Positions 25,782 to 35,904 of a stretch of 42,935 nucleotides of DNA are shown here, piece after piece. The notes below the pieces were generated by a model. The model had not been told where the DNA came from. It was given only the letters and a program-made list of their open reading frames with translations, and did not search any database. The stretch is from positions 1 through 42,935 of the IMG/VR virus record IMGVR_UViG_3300016484_001033. The stretch is one strand, 5' to 3'. Both the position numbers and the translations under genes were made by a program. How positions within the stretch are numbered: the stretch's first letter is position 1; each line of letters begins with the position of its first letter. The DNA comes from a virus. Its lineage: Duplodnaviria > Caudoviricetes.

Positions 25782-28313
25782 CTAGGCGCGCCTCCGCACG
25801 CGGAGTTCGCGCCCGAGTTCCGACGCTACGACCGAGGCCAGGTGCGACCGGGCCTGCTGCGAATCGAGGTACCCGTTCACGTTGATGTTGACGACGACGC
25901 CGCGGCCGAGCCCGCCACGACCGAGCGGGATGACCGCTTCCGGCCCGGACTCGCCGATGAGCGCCACGGTGGGCCGCGTCACGATGCCCCCGGCGGCGAG
26001 CTGCACCTCCGGCTCTTCCCCGCTGGGGATGCCGTTGATGGCGCCTGCCGCACTGTTCGCCGCGCCCGGGATGCGGTTCGCCAGCAGGTCGACGATTTCC
26101 TCGAGGCGGGACACTAACGACTGCATCGTCGCGTCCAGGGCGGCCATCGCCTGGTTGACGATGTCCGCCTGCGTCTGCACGGCTGGGCCCCACTGGATCT
26201 GACTCAGGTCGGTGATCGCCTGCCCGTTCGCGTCCACGAGCCGCCCGGCCGCCGCCAGCGACTCGATGTACTTCCGCATGTTCTCCGGCACGGTCGTGCC
26301 GAACTGAATCGCGCGATTCACCGCGTTGCTGATCTCGTCGGCCATGCCGTCGAGCATGGTGCCCACGTCGAACCCGGCCCGCTCGAGCGCCTGCATGTTG
26401 TTCAGCAGGTCTGTGAAGGTCTCGGTGCTGCCGAGTTGCTGGACCTTCTGGCCGGCGGCGTCGAGGTTGATGCCGTACTGCCGCGTGATCTGCACGACCT
26501 GGTCGTAGGTCGTGACGAGGGAGTCGGCCAGCGCCTTGCGCTGCTCCTCGATCGCGGCGATCTCCGACTCGATGCCCGCCTGTTCCTGCAGCAGCGCGTT
26601 GTTGCGCGCGATCGCCGCGTTGATGGCCTCCTGCGCCGCCTTGACGGCCTCACGGCTGTTCGCGGACATCAACTGGTTCGTGAGGCGGGCCGCTTCGTCC
26701 GGGCTGATCTGGGCGTTACGGAACTGCTGGTTGAATGCCTCGTTGCCGCCGAGCGACTGGATGTAGGCGCTGCGGTCCTGGCTCGCCAGCTTGCCTTCGG
26801 ACGGTCCGAAGAGTTTCCCGATCAAGCTGCCGACGATGCCCAACGCCGGGCCGAGGAACGGCGCAATGCCGCCCAGGATGCCCGCGAACCCGCCCAGGCC
26901 GGACAGCCCGCCGAACATCGACTGCGACCCCAGCACGCCGCCGAGCGCCCCGCCGATCGACCCGCCGGTGGCGGACCCTCCGAGCGCCTGCGCCAGGAAC
27001 GGCATGGCGGCGTTGAGGCCGCCGAGCCCCGCGCCCGACCAGTTGAACTGCGCGCGCGACAGGAACGACGCGGGGGAGATCCCGGTGTTGCCGTTCCAGC
27101 CAAGCAGGCCCGTATTCGCGACGCCGCCCCAGGTGTTCGTGAGGTCACCCGCCGCCGCCTGTAACGGCGGCAACGTCAGGCCCATGTTGGCGGCGCCCGA
27201 CCGCGCCATCAGCCAGTCGGACGTGCGGACGATGTTGTTGAAGCGCAGCGCAATCGCGGCCTGCTGTTCCAACGCCTGCGCCGCCTCGTCGCTCGCCTTC
27301 GCCAGCCGTTTCTGGCGGGCCGTCGTCTCCCGGGCCTGGTCGCGCAGATCCTTGATCGCCGTCGTGACGTCGGCCTCTGACATGCCGGCCGCGCTGTAGC
27401 CAGCCGCCGTCATCAACCCAGGTCCGGCCGGCGCAGTGGGCGCAGCTCCGGGGCCACCGAAGAGCACGTCGTAGGCTTTCAGCGTGCCGCCGTAGGCGCC
27501 CAACGCCCCAAAGCCGGATGGGATCTTCGCGTACAAGTCGCCGATCCCTTTCGCCGCGTAGCCGGCCGCCTTGGCGATGCCCTCGAGGACCGGCGCGAGT
27601 GGCTGCAGCACCGTCGCGAGCAGCACCTTGCCCGACTGCCACAAACGCCCCATCGCGTCGCCCATATCGTCGAGCGCTGAGATGGACTCTTCCGACGCGG
27701 CCGTCGCCGAGTCGACCGCCTTGACGAACTCGCCGTTGAGAATCTTCGTGAGGTCGAGGCCCGATCGCCCGAAGAGGTCCGCGGCGACCTGCGCCCGTTT
27801 CATCGGGTCTTCGATCTTGCCGACGGCGGTGGCGATCGCCAGGAACGCCTGGTCCGGGGTGCCGCGCATCAGGGTCGTCAACGAGAGCCCAAGCGCCTGG
27901 ACCGCGCCGACGGCCGACTTGTCGCCACTCGCGAGCCGGTTGGCCATCTGCTGCACGGCGTTGCCGATCTTCTCGACCGTGACGCCGCTGTCGCCGGCGG
28001 CCGTCTGCAACTTCTGCAGCATCGTCGTGCTGATGCCGGTCTTAGCCGAGAGGTCCGTCAGCGCGCCCGCCCAGTCCATCGTGGCCTTGACCGCCCCGAT
28101 CACGACCCCGGCGGTGACGTAGCCTTTGACGGCGTCCGCGAACTTGCTGGTCGATTGCGCGGCCCGCTGCTGCGCCTGCTCGGTGGCCTTCTGCTGGGTT
28201 TCGAGTTCCTTGAGCGACTTTTCGACCTGGGCGATCCCCTCGTCCAACGACTTGAAGGACCGCTCGGCTTGGCGGGTGTCGGCGGTGACTTCAAGTTTCA
28301 GGTCGAGGGCCAT
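25782..28313 (-). CDS. Tail tape measure protein
   Basis: 843 aa, Ala/Gly-rich helical; LTDLSAKTGIS, A.DLFGRSG, LAAGGIVTRPT.ALIGESGPEAVIPL. Confidence 0.92.
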   Translation of the reverse strand: MALDLKLEVTADTRQAERSFKSLDEGIAQVEKSLKELETQQKATEQAQQRAAQSTSKFADAVKGYVTAGVVIGAVKATMDWAGALTDLSAKTGISTTMLQKLQTAAGDSGVTVEKIGNAVQQMANRLASGDKSAVGAVQALGLSLTTLMRGTPDQAFLAIATAVGKIEDPMKRAQVAADLFGRSGLDLTKILNGEFVKAVDSATAASEESISALDDMGDAMGRLWQSGKVLLATVLQPLAPVLEGIAKAAGYAAKGIGDLYAKIPSGFGALGAYGGTLKAYDVLFGGPGAAPTAPAGPGLMTAAGYSAAGMSEADVTTAIKDLRDQARETTARQKRLAKASDEAAQALEQQAAIALRFNNIVRTSDWLMARSGAANMGLTLPPLQAAAGDLTNTWGGVANTGLLGWNGNTGISPASFLSRAQFNWSGAGLGGLNAAMPFLAQALGGSATGGSIGGALGGVLGSQSMFGGLSGLGGFAGILGGIAPFLGPALGIVGSLIGKLFGPSEGKLASQDRSAYIQSLGGNEAFNQQFRNAQISPDEAARLTNQLMSANSREAVKAAQEAINAAIARNNALLQEQAGIESEIAAIEEQRKALADSLVTTYDQVVQITRQYGINLDAAGQKVQQLGSTETFTDLLNNMQALERAGFDVGTMLDGMADEISNAVNRAIQFGTTVPENMRKYIESLAAAGRLVDANGQAITDLSQIQWGPAVQTQADIVNQAMAALDATMQSLVSRLEEIVDLLANRIPGAANSAAGAINGIPSGEEPEVQLAAGGIVTRPTVALIGESGPEAVIPLGRGGLGRGVVVNINVNGYLDSQQARSHLASVVASELGRELRVRRRA

Positions 28314-28318
28314 CGTGG

Positions 28319-28652
28319 TTATCGCTCCGGGGGCGGGCTGACGATGTCGTAGATCACCGCAAGCCGTTGCGCCAGGTCTTGCACGTCCTCCGCCGGCCAG
28401 TCCCGCGTGATGGCCGCCAGCACCCAGGCGCCCGTGCTGAAGTCCATCGCAAACCGATTGCCGATCAACCGCCAGACGTCCCAGGCGACCGCGTTCTCCC
28501 GCGTCAGCGCCGCGAGCTGCTGCCGGTACTCACAGGTGCTGCAGTCCCACGCGTCGGCCTCGTCCAGCAGGTCGTCGTCCGCGAACTGGCAGCACTGCGC
28601 GCGCGTGCCAACGTCACTCCACCACTGCGCCCACGTCCGCAACTGGGCGAAA
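28319..28652 (-). CDS. Tail assembly chaperone extension (gpT-like), probably expressed by +1 frameshift
   Basis: Overlapping +1-frame ORF without a good start, between the chaperone and the tape measure; CxxC motif. Confidence 0.6.
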
Positions 28653-29057
28653 GGAGTCCCGCCGCGCGGTCTCCCGATCCACCTCGTTCATCATCGCGGC
28701 CCGCACGAGCGCCACCTTGCGCGGGCCGTCGAGTTTCGCCTTGTGCGCCGCATCGCACGGCGCGGGCGTGTCCCCGTCCACCACGCCCGCCCACTCGACC
28801 AGGACGTAGTCGATCAAGGCGTTGCTGAACGCCTCGGCGTCCTCCTTCGACAACGGCAGTTCTTCGCGCTTGTGCGTCTGCCGGTTGAAGGTGTGTTTGA
28901 CGTACGGCTGCCGCAGCCGCTCGTGGTCGGCGGAGGTCAGCCGGCGCAGCGTGTAGGTCGCCTCCGGGTCGACGGCGCCGATCATTGGTTCGTGCATCGG
29001 GAGGTCGACATCGGCGATGACCAGGCGCTCGGCCGGGTCGGAGAGTTTCAGTGCCAT
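28614..29057 (-). CDS. Tail assembly chaperone (gpG-like)
   Basis: Between tube and tape measure; TYTLRRLT, DYVLVEWAGV..GD.PAPC...K. Confidence 0.75.
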   Translation of the reverse strand: MALKLSDPAERLVIADVDLPMHEPMIGAVDPEATYTLRRLTSADHERLRQPYVKHTFNRQTHKREELPLSKEDAEAFSNALIDYVLVEWAGVVDGDTPAPCDAAHKAKLDGPRKVALVRAAMMNEVDRETARRDSFRPVADVGAVVE

Positions 29058-29083
29058 ACGTGGGGCCCCATTCCCGACGGGAG

Positions 29084-30148
29084 TTAGAACGCGACGAGCG
29101 ACTGGGTCGTCACGCGGGTGAGCCGGAACGGCCGCGTGTGCGCGAAGCCCGTCGGCGCGGCGCTCGCCTGCTTGGCGACGAACTGCATCCCCGACTTCAA
29201 CTGACCCGCGCCCTGCGCGGTGTGCTCAGGCACCTGGACCGGCTCGAGGTGCGGGAACTCGACCGCGAAACTACGCTGCGTCGTCGAGTTGATGTAGCCG
29301 CCCGTGCAGGTGAGCGACGCCTTGAAGGGCGTGCCGGCCGCGTGCGCGGCGTAGAAGCTATTCACGCTGACCGTGTTCGCGCGCGGGAACCGCACGTTGA
29401 GCGTGGCGCTAGGGAACCCATCATCCAACGGCTCGATCGTGTAGTCCGACCCGTAGACGGCCGCCGGCGCCAAGGGCCGCGTGAACTCGAAGGTGACTTC
29501 CTCGACCTCGAGCGTGTCGCCGACGCCCAACGCGCCCGCCGCCTGCGTGTTCATGCGGAACACGCCCTGCTTGCGGAAGATCCGATTGGCGAGGGCCGGG
29601 GCGACGGCGGACGCGGCGACCGCGCTGCGCGTGTTCACGGTGCTGGCGATCGTGGACTTGCCGCCGAGCACCGACACACGCTTGCTCAACACCCCGCCCT
29701 GCCCGATGCCGAATCCGAACCCCGCCACCTTGGCCGAGGTCAGTTCCTCGACGACGTTGACCTTGTCCGTGGCGATCGTGATCGCGCGCCCGTTCGTGTT
29801 GGGGGCCAGGTCGATGATGTGGCTGTAAGCTACCAGCGAGCTCGCCGCCTGCGAGGACACGACGGTCACCGCATTGGGCGACCCCATCGCCATCGCCTCG
29901 AGGATGTAGTCGCTGTGGTCGTAGTACGCCTGGCCAGCCAGCGTGGCCTGGGGCGGCGCGAAGTCGCCGACGTCGGCCGGCCCCATGAAGGTCTGCCCGA
30001 AGCTCTGGTCGTCGACGTACGCCGCGGACGACGACAGCCCGGCATCCGATTCGAAGTAGACGCGCCGGGTGACACTCGTGGGCACGCCCCACGAGTTGGT
30101 CCCCAGCACCCCGAACGCCATCGTGACTTCCCGTCCGCTCAAAGGCAT
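29084..30148 (-). CDS. Major tail tube protein
   Basis: 354 aa, MPLSGRE..AFG....WG start, beta-rich, canonical position. Confidence 0.78.
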   Translation of the reverse strand: MPLSGREVTMAFGVLGTNSWGVPTSVTRRVYFESDAGLSSSAAYVDDQSFGQTFMGPADVGDFAPPQATLAGQAYYDHSDYILEAMAMGSPNAVTVVSSQAASSLVAYSHIIDLAPNTNGRAITIATDKVNVVEELTSAKVAGFGFGIGQGGVLSKRVSVLGGKSTIASTVNTRSAVAASAVAPALANRIFRKQGVFRMNTQAAGALGVGDTLEVEEVTFEFTRPLAPAAVYGSDYTIEPLDDGFPSATLNVRFPRANTVSVNSFYAAHAAGTPFKASLTCTGGYINSTTQRSFAVEFPHLEPVQVPEHTAQGAGQLKSGMQFVAKQASAAPTGFAHTRPFRLTRVTTQSLVAF

Positions 30149-30160
30149 GGTGATCTCCGG

Positions 30161-30583
30161 TTAGAGGTCCGTCATGTAATCTACCGGCACGGTCAGCCGG
30201 AGTACCTGGTACGCCGCGCCCTCGGGTTGCGCGATTTCCACCCGCCGCCCCGCATCCGGGACGGCAAAATCCCCGACGCCACACCCGTCCCGCACGACCG
30301 CACTGGTGAGGCTGTTCGCCAAGGTCAGCAGCCCCGCGTAACTCGCCCGCGGGTCCGCGACATCGACGACGCGCGCCACCCAGATGTCGAGGTCATCGGT
30401 GCGTTGCTCGCTGTAGGCGAACCCACCCACGACCTCGGCGCTCGTGAGCTCGACGCGCACCCGGTCGCTCTCCAGTTGCGCCGGCCCCCGGTCGAACGAG
30501 AACGGCTCGGGCGTCTCGACCAAGTTGAACGGCGCGGCGGTGACCAGCGCCCGGACACGGTCGAGGATCGTCAGGGCGTCCAT
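30161..30583 (-). CDS. Putative tail terminator
   Basis: 140 aa upstream of the tube; C-terminal LRLTVPVDY. Confidence 0.55.
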   Translation of the reverse strand: MDALTILDRVRALVTAAPFNLVETPEPFSFDRGPAQLESDRVRVELTSAEVVGGFAYSEQRTDDLDIWVARVVDVADPRASYAGLLTLANSLTSAVVRDGCGVGDFAVPDAGRRVEIAQPEGAAYQVLRLTVPVDYMTDL

Positions 30584-31443
30584 CAGGCGCGCTCGAAGGT
30601 CCAGGCGGTCGTGCCGCGCGCGTCGTCCGCCGTCTGCGCGGCTTCCGTCGCGTCGATGACGTCATCCTCGGTGACGGTGTCGAACTCGCCCCCCAGCGTC
30701 GGCAGGACGCGCGCCAGGGCCTGCTCGGCCTCCCGCTCGTGCCAGTCGGCCAGGTCGCGCCACGGGCCGTCCTGGCTCAACGGCGCCCCCCGGAAGATCA
30801 TCGAGAGCGTGCGGTGCGTCACGGGGCCACAGAGGCGGCTGCGCCGAATCACGCTGACCTGGCCCGCCTGCCCAGCGGCTGGGGCGACCGACAGGGAGAG
30901 CCGCGCCCAGTAGGCGATCGTGCCGTTGACCGCCCGCACGACCCACTCATCGGGCGCCGTCCACGTGATCGCCCCGCCGCGGCTGAAGGGCACGCCGAGC
31001 GTCGCCTGGGTGCCGTCAGCCACGCGCAGCGTCCGCCACTGGTCGCACCAGACGGCGACCTCCAGCGTCGCGGCCGTCGCGTTGGGCGTGTCCGTCACCC
31101 GGATCGACAGGCCCCGGAACGCTGAGGGGCTGCCGACGCAGAGCCGGGTCGTCGTCGACGCAAACGCGGTCGCGAGCGTGAGGTCGTCCGCGGTGGCGCT
31201 CTGCGCGGCGGCCGTCACGTCCGAGAACGTCCCGTTGGCGTCGATGTAGACCGCCTCGGCGGCGAACCGGGTGCGGAAGCGCTGTGGGTCGTAGTTGGCC
31301 GCGAGCAGCTGCGGCCACAACCAGTCCTCGATCGCTTTCGCCCGGGCGTCGCCCCAGTGAATCTTCCCGAACTGGCTGAGGATCGTCGGATGATGCGCGA
31401 GCAGGTCGGCATCGGTCACGAGGTCGTTGGGCGTCCAACTCAT
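30583..31443 (-). CDS. Putative head-tail adaptor with inserted beta-sandwich domain
   Basis: LVTDADL N-terminus and helical C-terminus flanking a GS..F.G...W..L...DGT...GAITWTAPDEW...VNG..AYWAR insert. Confidence 0.55.
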   Translation of the reverse strand: MSWTPNDLVTDADLLAHHPTILSQFGKIHWGDARAKAIEDWLWPQLLAANYDPQRFRTRFAAEAVYIDANGTFSDVTAAAQSATADDLTLATAFASTTTRLCVGSPSAFRGLSIRVTDTPNATAATLEVAVWCDQWRTLRVADGTQATLGVPFSRGGAITWTAPDEWVVRAVNGTIAYWARLSLSVAPAAGQAGQVSVIRRSRLCGPVTHRTLSMIFRGAPLSQDGPWRDLADWHEREAEQALARVLPTLGGEFDTVTEDDVIDATEAAQTADDARGTTAWTFERA

Positions 31444-34400
31444 GCCGATACCTCATCCGCCAGCCGCGCCACCGGCGTGGTGTCGGGAATCGCCGGGGCC
31501 ATCGCCGTCTCGGCGCGGGCCGCGAAGAACTGCAGGTGCTTGGCGACCTGGTCGGCCGTGCGCACCCGGACCTGCTGCGGCGCCGCGCGGCGGCCGTTCA
31601 ACGGCCCGTGGACGCCGGCAAAGCCGATCTCGTAGGTCCACCCCTCGCCCAAGCCCGCCAGGGCCGCCTCGTAGAAGCGCCGCGCAATGGCGTGGTACTT
31701 GTGCGCCGGGTCGGGAATCCCGACGGTTTCCGCGATGTGGACCGCCACGCGCAGCATCAGTTCCTGCGCATCGGCCACCGGCACGATGGCGTACCCGTAG
31801 GTGTCGATACACGACCGCACGAACTCCAGCACGACGGGGTCCGTCAGGGCCTCGCGGTCGGCCCGCAGCACGAGCTCGCGCAGGTCCAACGGCGCGTTGA
31901 GGTGCCGCGTGGGACACGTCTCGTGGTTCTTCACCAGCAAGCGCAGATTGCGGTTGCTCTTCCGCTTCCGCACGCCGTCGGTCGGGTACCCGTAGTGCAG
32001 CACGCTGAAGTCCTTCACCCCGAGCGCGGGCATGATGTCGGTATTCGGGTCGCCGTCCTGCGGTTGCTCGTGGACGGCGCCGAAGAACCGCACGGCGTCG
32101 GTGCGCCGGAACAGCCGAATCGGCTCGTCCGGCTTGCTGGTCGGGTCGTCCGCCATCAGGTGGACCTGCTGCACGGCGTAGCCGACGAACGGCCCGGCCT
32201 CGAGGTATTTCTTGAGGGCCTGCGGCTCGTGGAGCGTTTCGTCGGCGTCGAGCCAGAAGAACCAGTCCCCGGTACAGGCGGCCAGGACATGGTTCCGGGC
32301 CTCGCCGAACCCGCCGGGGAGGTCGTGGACCGGCGGCAGCGTCACCACGCGGACCTTGCCCCGCGTGTCGTAGGCCGACACGATCGCCAGGGTCTCGTCG
32401 GTGCTCCCGCAGTCCCCGATCACGATCTCATCCGCGATCGGATAGACCGACTCCAGGCAGCGGCGGATGTTGTTCGCCTCGTTGTAGACGATCAGTCCCA
32501 CCGACAGCCGGCGGTAGGGGCGGGGCGTCCAGGCCGCCCGGGCCAGGTCGCGCGTCCCGGTCGGCACGCCCGACGCCCGCCAGGACACGACCCACGTCCC
32601 GACCAGGTCGCCCTTGATCGTCTGGCCGTGGTGCAGATACTGGGTCACCAGGTCGGCCTTCGCCCCGAAGACCTCCTGGAGATCCGCAATCTCGAAGTGG
32701 TGGACGTGCCCGCGCTTGATGGGCTTGGTGTGCTCAAGCAGGTCCATGAACGGGCCATGCGGCATCGTCACGACCAACTGCGCGCCGGCGGCACACCCGG
32801 CTTCGATGGCGTCGACGAGCGCGGCGGTGTCGGCGCAGTGCTCGAGGAACTCCCCGGAAAACACCGCATCGAACGGCGCCTGCGTCGCCAGCCACGCGAC
32901 GAACGCCGGGGCCGCCGTCTGCGTCTGGTAGTCGTAGACTGGCAGCGCCACGAACGTCACCCGGTCAGCCAGCCCGAGCGCCGCGGCGGCGGCCTGGGCT
33001 TTCTCGATATTCGCCGGGGCGTAGTCCACGCCGACCACGGTCAGCGCCGGGTGGTCCTGCGCGAAGCGGAGCGCGGCGGCGCCGTTGCCACAAGCGACGT
33101 CCAGCAGGCGCGTCGCGCCCGTCAGCTGGCGGCTGACGACGGCGAACCGCGGCTCCGTCGCGGCCTCCGTCGCCGGATCCTCGGCGGCAAACGCCGCATA
33201 GTCGTCCGCGGTCTGGTCAGCGCCGGCAATCACCCGGGCGATCCGGGCCACCGCCGCGTCTTTCTCCGGGCCCTCGGGGACCAGCGGCAGCAGGGCCTGC
33301 GCGGCCACGTGGTCATCGACGGCCAGCAGCGCGTCGAGGATGCGCCCGGGCGCGACGGTCACGCGCCGGGCGAGCGCGCGCGACGTGTCCTCGAGCCACT
33401 GCTCGGCGACGGCGTCATAGGTGTAGGCGGGCGCGACATGCGCGCGGCCCGCCGCCACCCGCGTGCGATAGTCCCGGGAGGCCGTGCGGCAGCCCCGTAG
33501 CAGCGCCACGACGGCCGCCACGCTGCGCGCCTGGTAGTCCGCGTGGGTCGCATCGCCGTCGAGCAGGACCGCGTGGGGGGCCGTTTCCGGCAGCGCGCCG
33601 CGATTCGACAGCACCAGCGGCGTGCCGCACGCCTGCGCTTCGATCGCGGCGATACACGAGGTCTCCGCAAACGACGCGATCCCGGGGTACCACAGCACCG
33701 CGGCCTCGGCGAGCTCCCGGTAGAGCGCGGCCTTGCCGAGGCTGCCCAGCCAGGTGATCCCGCCCACCTCGCGATTCATGAGCGCGACGGCCCGGTCGTA
33801 CTGCTCGCAGGTGAGGCGGCAGGCGGTGCCCTCCGCGTCGTACATCGAGCGATAGCGGCAGACCCGCAGTTCCGCGTCGGGCATCTGGGCCCGCAGCGCT
33901 GGCCACATCGCCAGGAGGGGACCGAGGCCGCGCTCGGGGCGGCTGATGTGAATCACGCGGCGCGGGTCTTTCACGGCATCGGTCGGCACGAGGCGCGGGT
34001 CGTAGCCGTTGCGCGTCACCCAGCCGAGTGATCGCAGGTCGGGGGCGAGCCCCTCCCACTGGTGCCGGTGATAGGCGCTCACGTAGGCGATGCGGTCGAC
34101 CGACCAGCAGTCCCCGACGATCCGGGCCACCTGGCCCACGGGGACGTCCTGGAGCAGATCCTGATTCCACAGGATGCGGTAGCGCGCCGCGACACTGTCC
34201 CCCACGAACGGGTCGAGCATCCGCAGCGCCACGAACACGTCCCAGGTGTGGTGAAGGTAGTCCCGCCGACAGGCCGGCGACGGCTCCCAGGTGACCCCGT
34301 CGTCATCCGTCCACCCGTGGCAGTCTGGGGCCAGGTCGTGGACGAACACGACGACGCGGTGCCCGCGGCGCCCCAGCGCCCGGGCGAGGCCGACGCAGGC

Positions 34401-34484
34401 CGACTCCGACCCCCCGAGCGACGCCGCGCCCGTCAGCACCTCGCGGCTGAAGGGCACCGACCGCACGTAGAACCCCCACCGCAT
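31440..34484 (-). CDS. Multidomain glycosyltransferase: GT4-like GT-B + class I methyltransferase + GT2
   Basis: SLGGSE, SRPERGL, FAETSCIAAIEAQACG; LLDVACGNG, EFLEH; LSVGLIVYNE, DCGSTD, FGEARN, WLDADE, HYGY. Confidence 0.88.
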   Translation of the reverse strand: MRWGFYVRSVPFSREVLTGAASLGGSESACVGLARALGRRGHRVVVFVHDLAPDCHGWTDDDGVTWEPSPACRRDYLHHTWDVFVALRMLDPFVGDSVAARYRILWNQDLLQDVPVGQVARIVGDCWSVDRIAYVSAYHRHQWEGLAPDLRSLGWVTRNGYDPRLVPTDAVKDPRRVIHISRPERGLGPLLAMWPALRAQMPDAELRVCRYRSMYDAEGTACRLTCEQYDRAVALMNREVGGITWLGSLGKAALYRELAEAAVLWYPGIASFAETSCIAAIEAQACGTPLVLSNRGALPETAPHAVLLDGDATHADYQARSVAAVVALLRGCRTASRDYRTRVAAGRAHVAPAYTYDAVAEQWLEDTSRALARRVTVAPGRILDALLAVDDHVAAQALLPLVPEGPEKDAAVARIARVIAGADQTADDYAAFAAEDPATEAATEPRFAVVSRQLTGATRLLDVACGNGAAALRFAQDHPALTVVGVDYAPANIEKAQAAAAALGLADRVTFVALPVYDYQTQTAAPAFVAWLATQAPFDAVFSGEFLEHCADTAALVDAIEAGCAAGAQLVVTMPHGPFMDLLEHTKPIKRGHVHHFEIADLQEVFGAKADLVTQYLHHGQTIKGDLVGTWVVSWRASGVPTGTRDLARAAWTPRPYRRLSVGLIVYNEANNIRRCLESVYPIADEIVIGDCGSTDETLAIVSAYDTRGKVRVVTLPPVHDLPGGFGEARNHVLAACTGDWFFWLDADETLHEPQALKKYLEAGPFVGYAVQQVHLMADDPTSKPDEPIRLFRRTDAVRFFGAVHEQPQDGDPNTDIMPALGVKDFSVLHYGYPTDGVRKRKSNRNLRLLVKNHETCPTRHLNAPLDLRELVLRADREALTDPVVLEFVRSCIDTYGYAIVPVADAQELMLRVAVHIAETVGIPDPAHKYHAIARRFYEAALAGLGEGWTYEIGFAGVHGPLNGRRAAPQQVRVRTADQVAKHLQFFAARAETAMAPAIPDTTPVARLADEVSA

Positions 34485-34657
34485 CAGCGCCCCGCCTTTC
34501 GGGGCTCTGTGGCGGTCGTGGCGGCCTCGTCGGCCTTCCGGCGCTCCAGGTCGTCGAGCATGGGTTGGATCGTCTGTCGCAGTTCCTGCTGCCAACGGCC
34601 GAGCGCGTGCGGTTGCACCTCGCGCGCCCGGCAGATTTCTTCGATCAGTGGATGCAT
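34484..34657 (-). CDS. Small hypothetical protein
   Basis: MHPLIEEICRAREVQPHALGRWQQELRQ..., AAGGA upstream, TGATG-coupled to the GT gene. Confidence 0.55.
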   Translation of the reverse strand: MHPLIEEICRAREVQPHALGRWQQELRQTIQPMLDDLERRKADEAATTATEPRKAGR

Positions 34658-34676
34658 CGGAGTCCTTCCCCATGAA

Positions 34677-34713
34677 CCCCGGTCAGTCCCGATGGGGGCG
34701 AGACTGACCGGGG
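34677..34713 (-). terminator. 12-bp stem-loop downstream of the major capsid gene (attenuator/terminator or mRNA stabiliser)
   Basis: CCCCGGTCAGTC...GACTGACCGGGG; only a weak U tail. Confidence 0.5.
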
Positions 34714-34747
34714 CAAGGACGCTGCCCCACGCAGGGGGCCAACGCAG

Positions 34748-35902
34748 TTACGAGGTGGCGATGTAGCGCGCCATCCCGGCTTCGTGGTGGACCTCGACGG
34801 AGTACTCGCCGACGAGCTGCACCTTGACGTTGTCGCCCTGCTGGCCCATCACCTGGCGGGTCCATGGCCGGAACTGCACCGGGCGCACCCGCTCGCGCGG
34901 GACCAGCAGCAGTTCCTTCGACGCGAGCGCGCGGCTCAGGAACACTTCCGCCTGCCCGAACGGGCCGGTGTACATCCGCACGCGCCGCTTGAAGGCCTCC
35001 GTCTGCTGGGAGTCGTAGACCTTCGTGTCGTTGAGGTTGCTGATGTCGCGATAGAACTGGTCGCCCGCGACGATGCCCCAGGTCTCGGTGTCGCTCGCGC
35101 CGTTGGTCCACGCGGCCTGGAACAGGTTCCCCAGGTAGAGGTGCGGGTTCGCGGTGAAGGACGCGGCCGAGGTCGCAACCGACGAGTTGACGCTCGACAG
35201 GAAGGAGCGAATGCCCTTCATCGTGCGCGTGGTCGTCGCGGAGCCGAGCGAGTTGGTCCCGTTCAGCGTGCCGCGCACGATCTCGGTTTCCAACTGGAAC
35301 GGCAGGTCCATCATCGCGTTGGCTTCCGCGTCCGAGAACGCGTTGGCGCCGAGCGTGCCCTGCTCGAGCTGCGACCCCGACACCGCCAGCGGGATCTTGA
35401 AGTACCCGACGGTGTTGTACTTGATCTGCCCGAGCCGCGCCGTGTGCTCACCGCTGTGGTCCGAGCCCTCGACGCCGGCCGCCGCGCGCACGCGCAGCGT
35501 CCCGCCGACGACGAGCGACCCGGTGGCCGCGCCGTTGTAGTTGCGCGAGACGAGGATCGAGTTCGCGCCCGCGATCGACGTCACCTGCATCAGTTCGGGC
35601 GTCGCGCTCTCGTTCTCGAGCAGCTGGCCGACGGTGAGCGCCAGGCCCAGCCCGTTGATGGTGATGCCCGTGGCGGCCGTCGCCGAGTTCACGGCCGTGC
35701 TCACCGTGATGTAGTTCGGCAGGCGGAAGTTCTCCACGTAGCCGTGAACGATGTTCCCGGTCGGCTTGTAGCCGCCACCCTCGAGCAGCCACGCGAGGAA
35801 CGGCGCCGCCTTCGGGGTCAGCGCCTGGACGCCGTCGTTGATGTTCTCCGAGGCGAGCGCCGCGGTGATCAGGTCGTAGGTCGTGCGACCACTCATTGCC
35901 AT
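34748..35902 (-). CDS. Major capsid protein (DUF5309/SU10-like HK97 fold) with inserted domain
   Basis: YNTVGYFK...VSGSQ, RTMKGI, YTGPFG, GDNVKVQLVGEYSVEV; follows the scaffold. Confidence 0.88.
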   Translation of the reverse strand: MAMSGRTTYDLITAALASENINDGVQALTPKAAPFLAWLLEGGGYKPTGNIVHGYVENFRLPNYITVSTAVNSATAATGITINGLGLALTVGQLLENESATPELMQVTSIAGANSILVSRNYNGAATGSLVVGGTLRVRAAAGVEGSDHSGEHTARLGQIKYNTVGYFKIPLAVSGSQLEQGTLGANAFSDAEANAMMDLPFQLETEIVRGTLNGTNSLGSATTTRTMKGIRSFLSSVNSSVATSAASFTANPHLYLGNLFQAAWTNGASDTETWGIVAGDQFYRDISNLNDTKVYDSQQTEAFKRRVRMYTGPFGQAEVFLSRALASKELLLVPRERVRPVQFRPWTRQVMGQQGDNVKVQLVGEYSVEVHHEAGMARYIATS

Positions 35903-35904
35903 GC

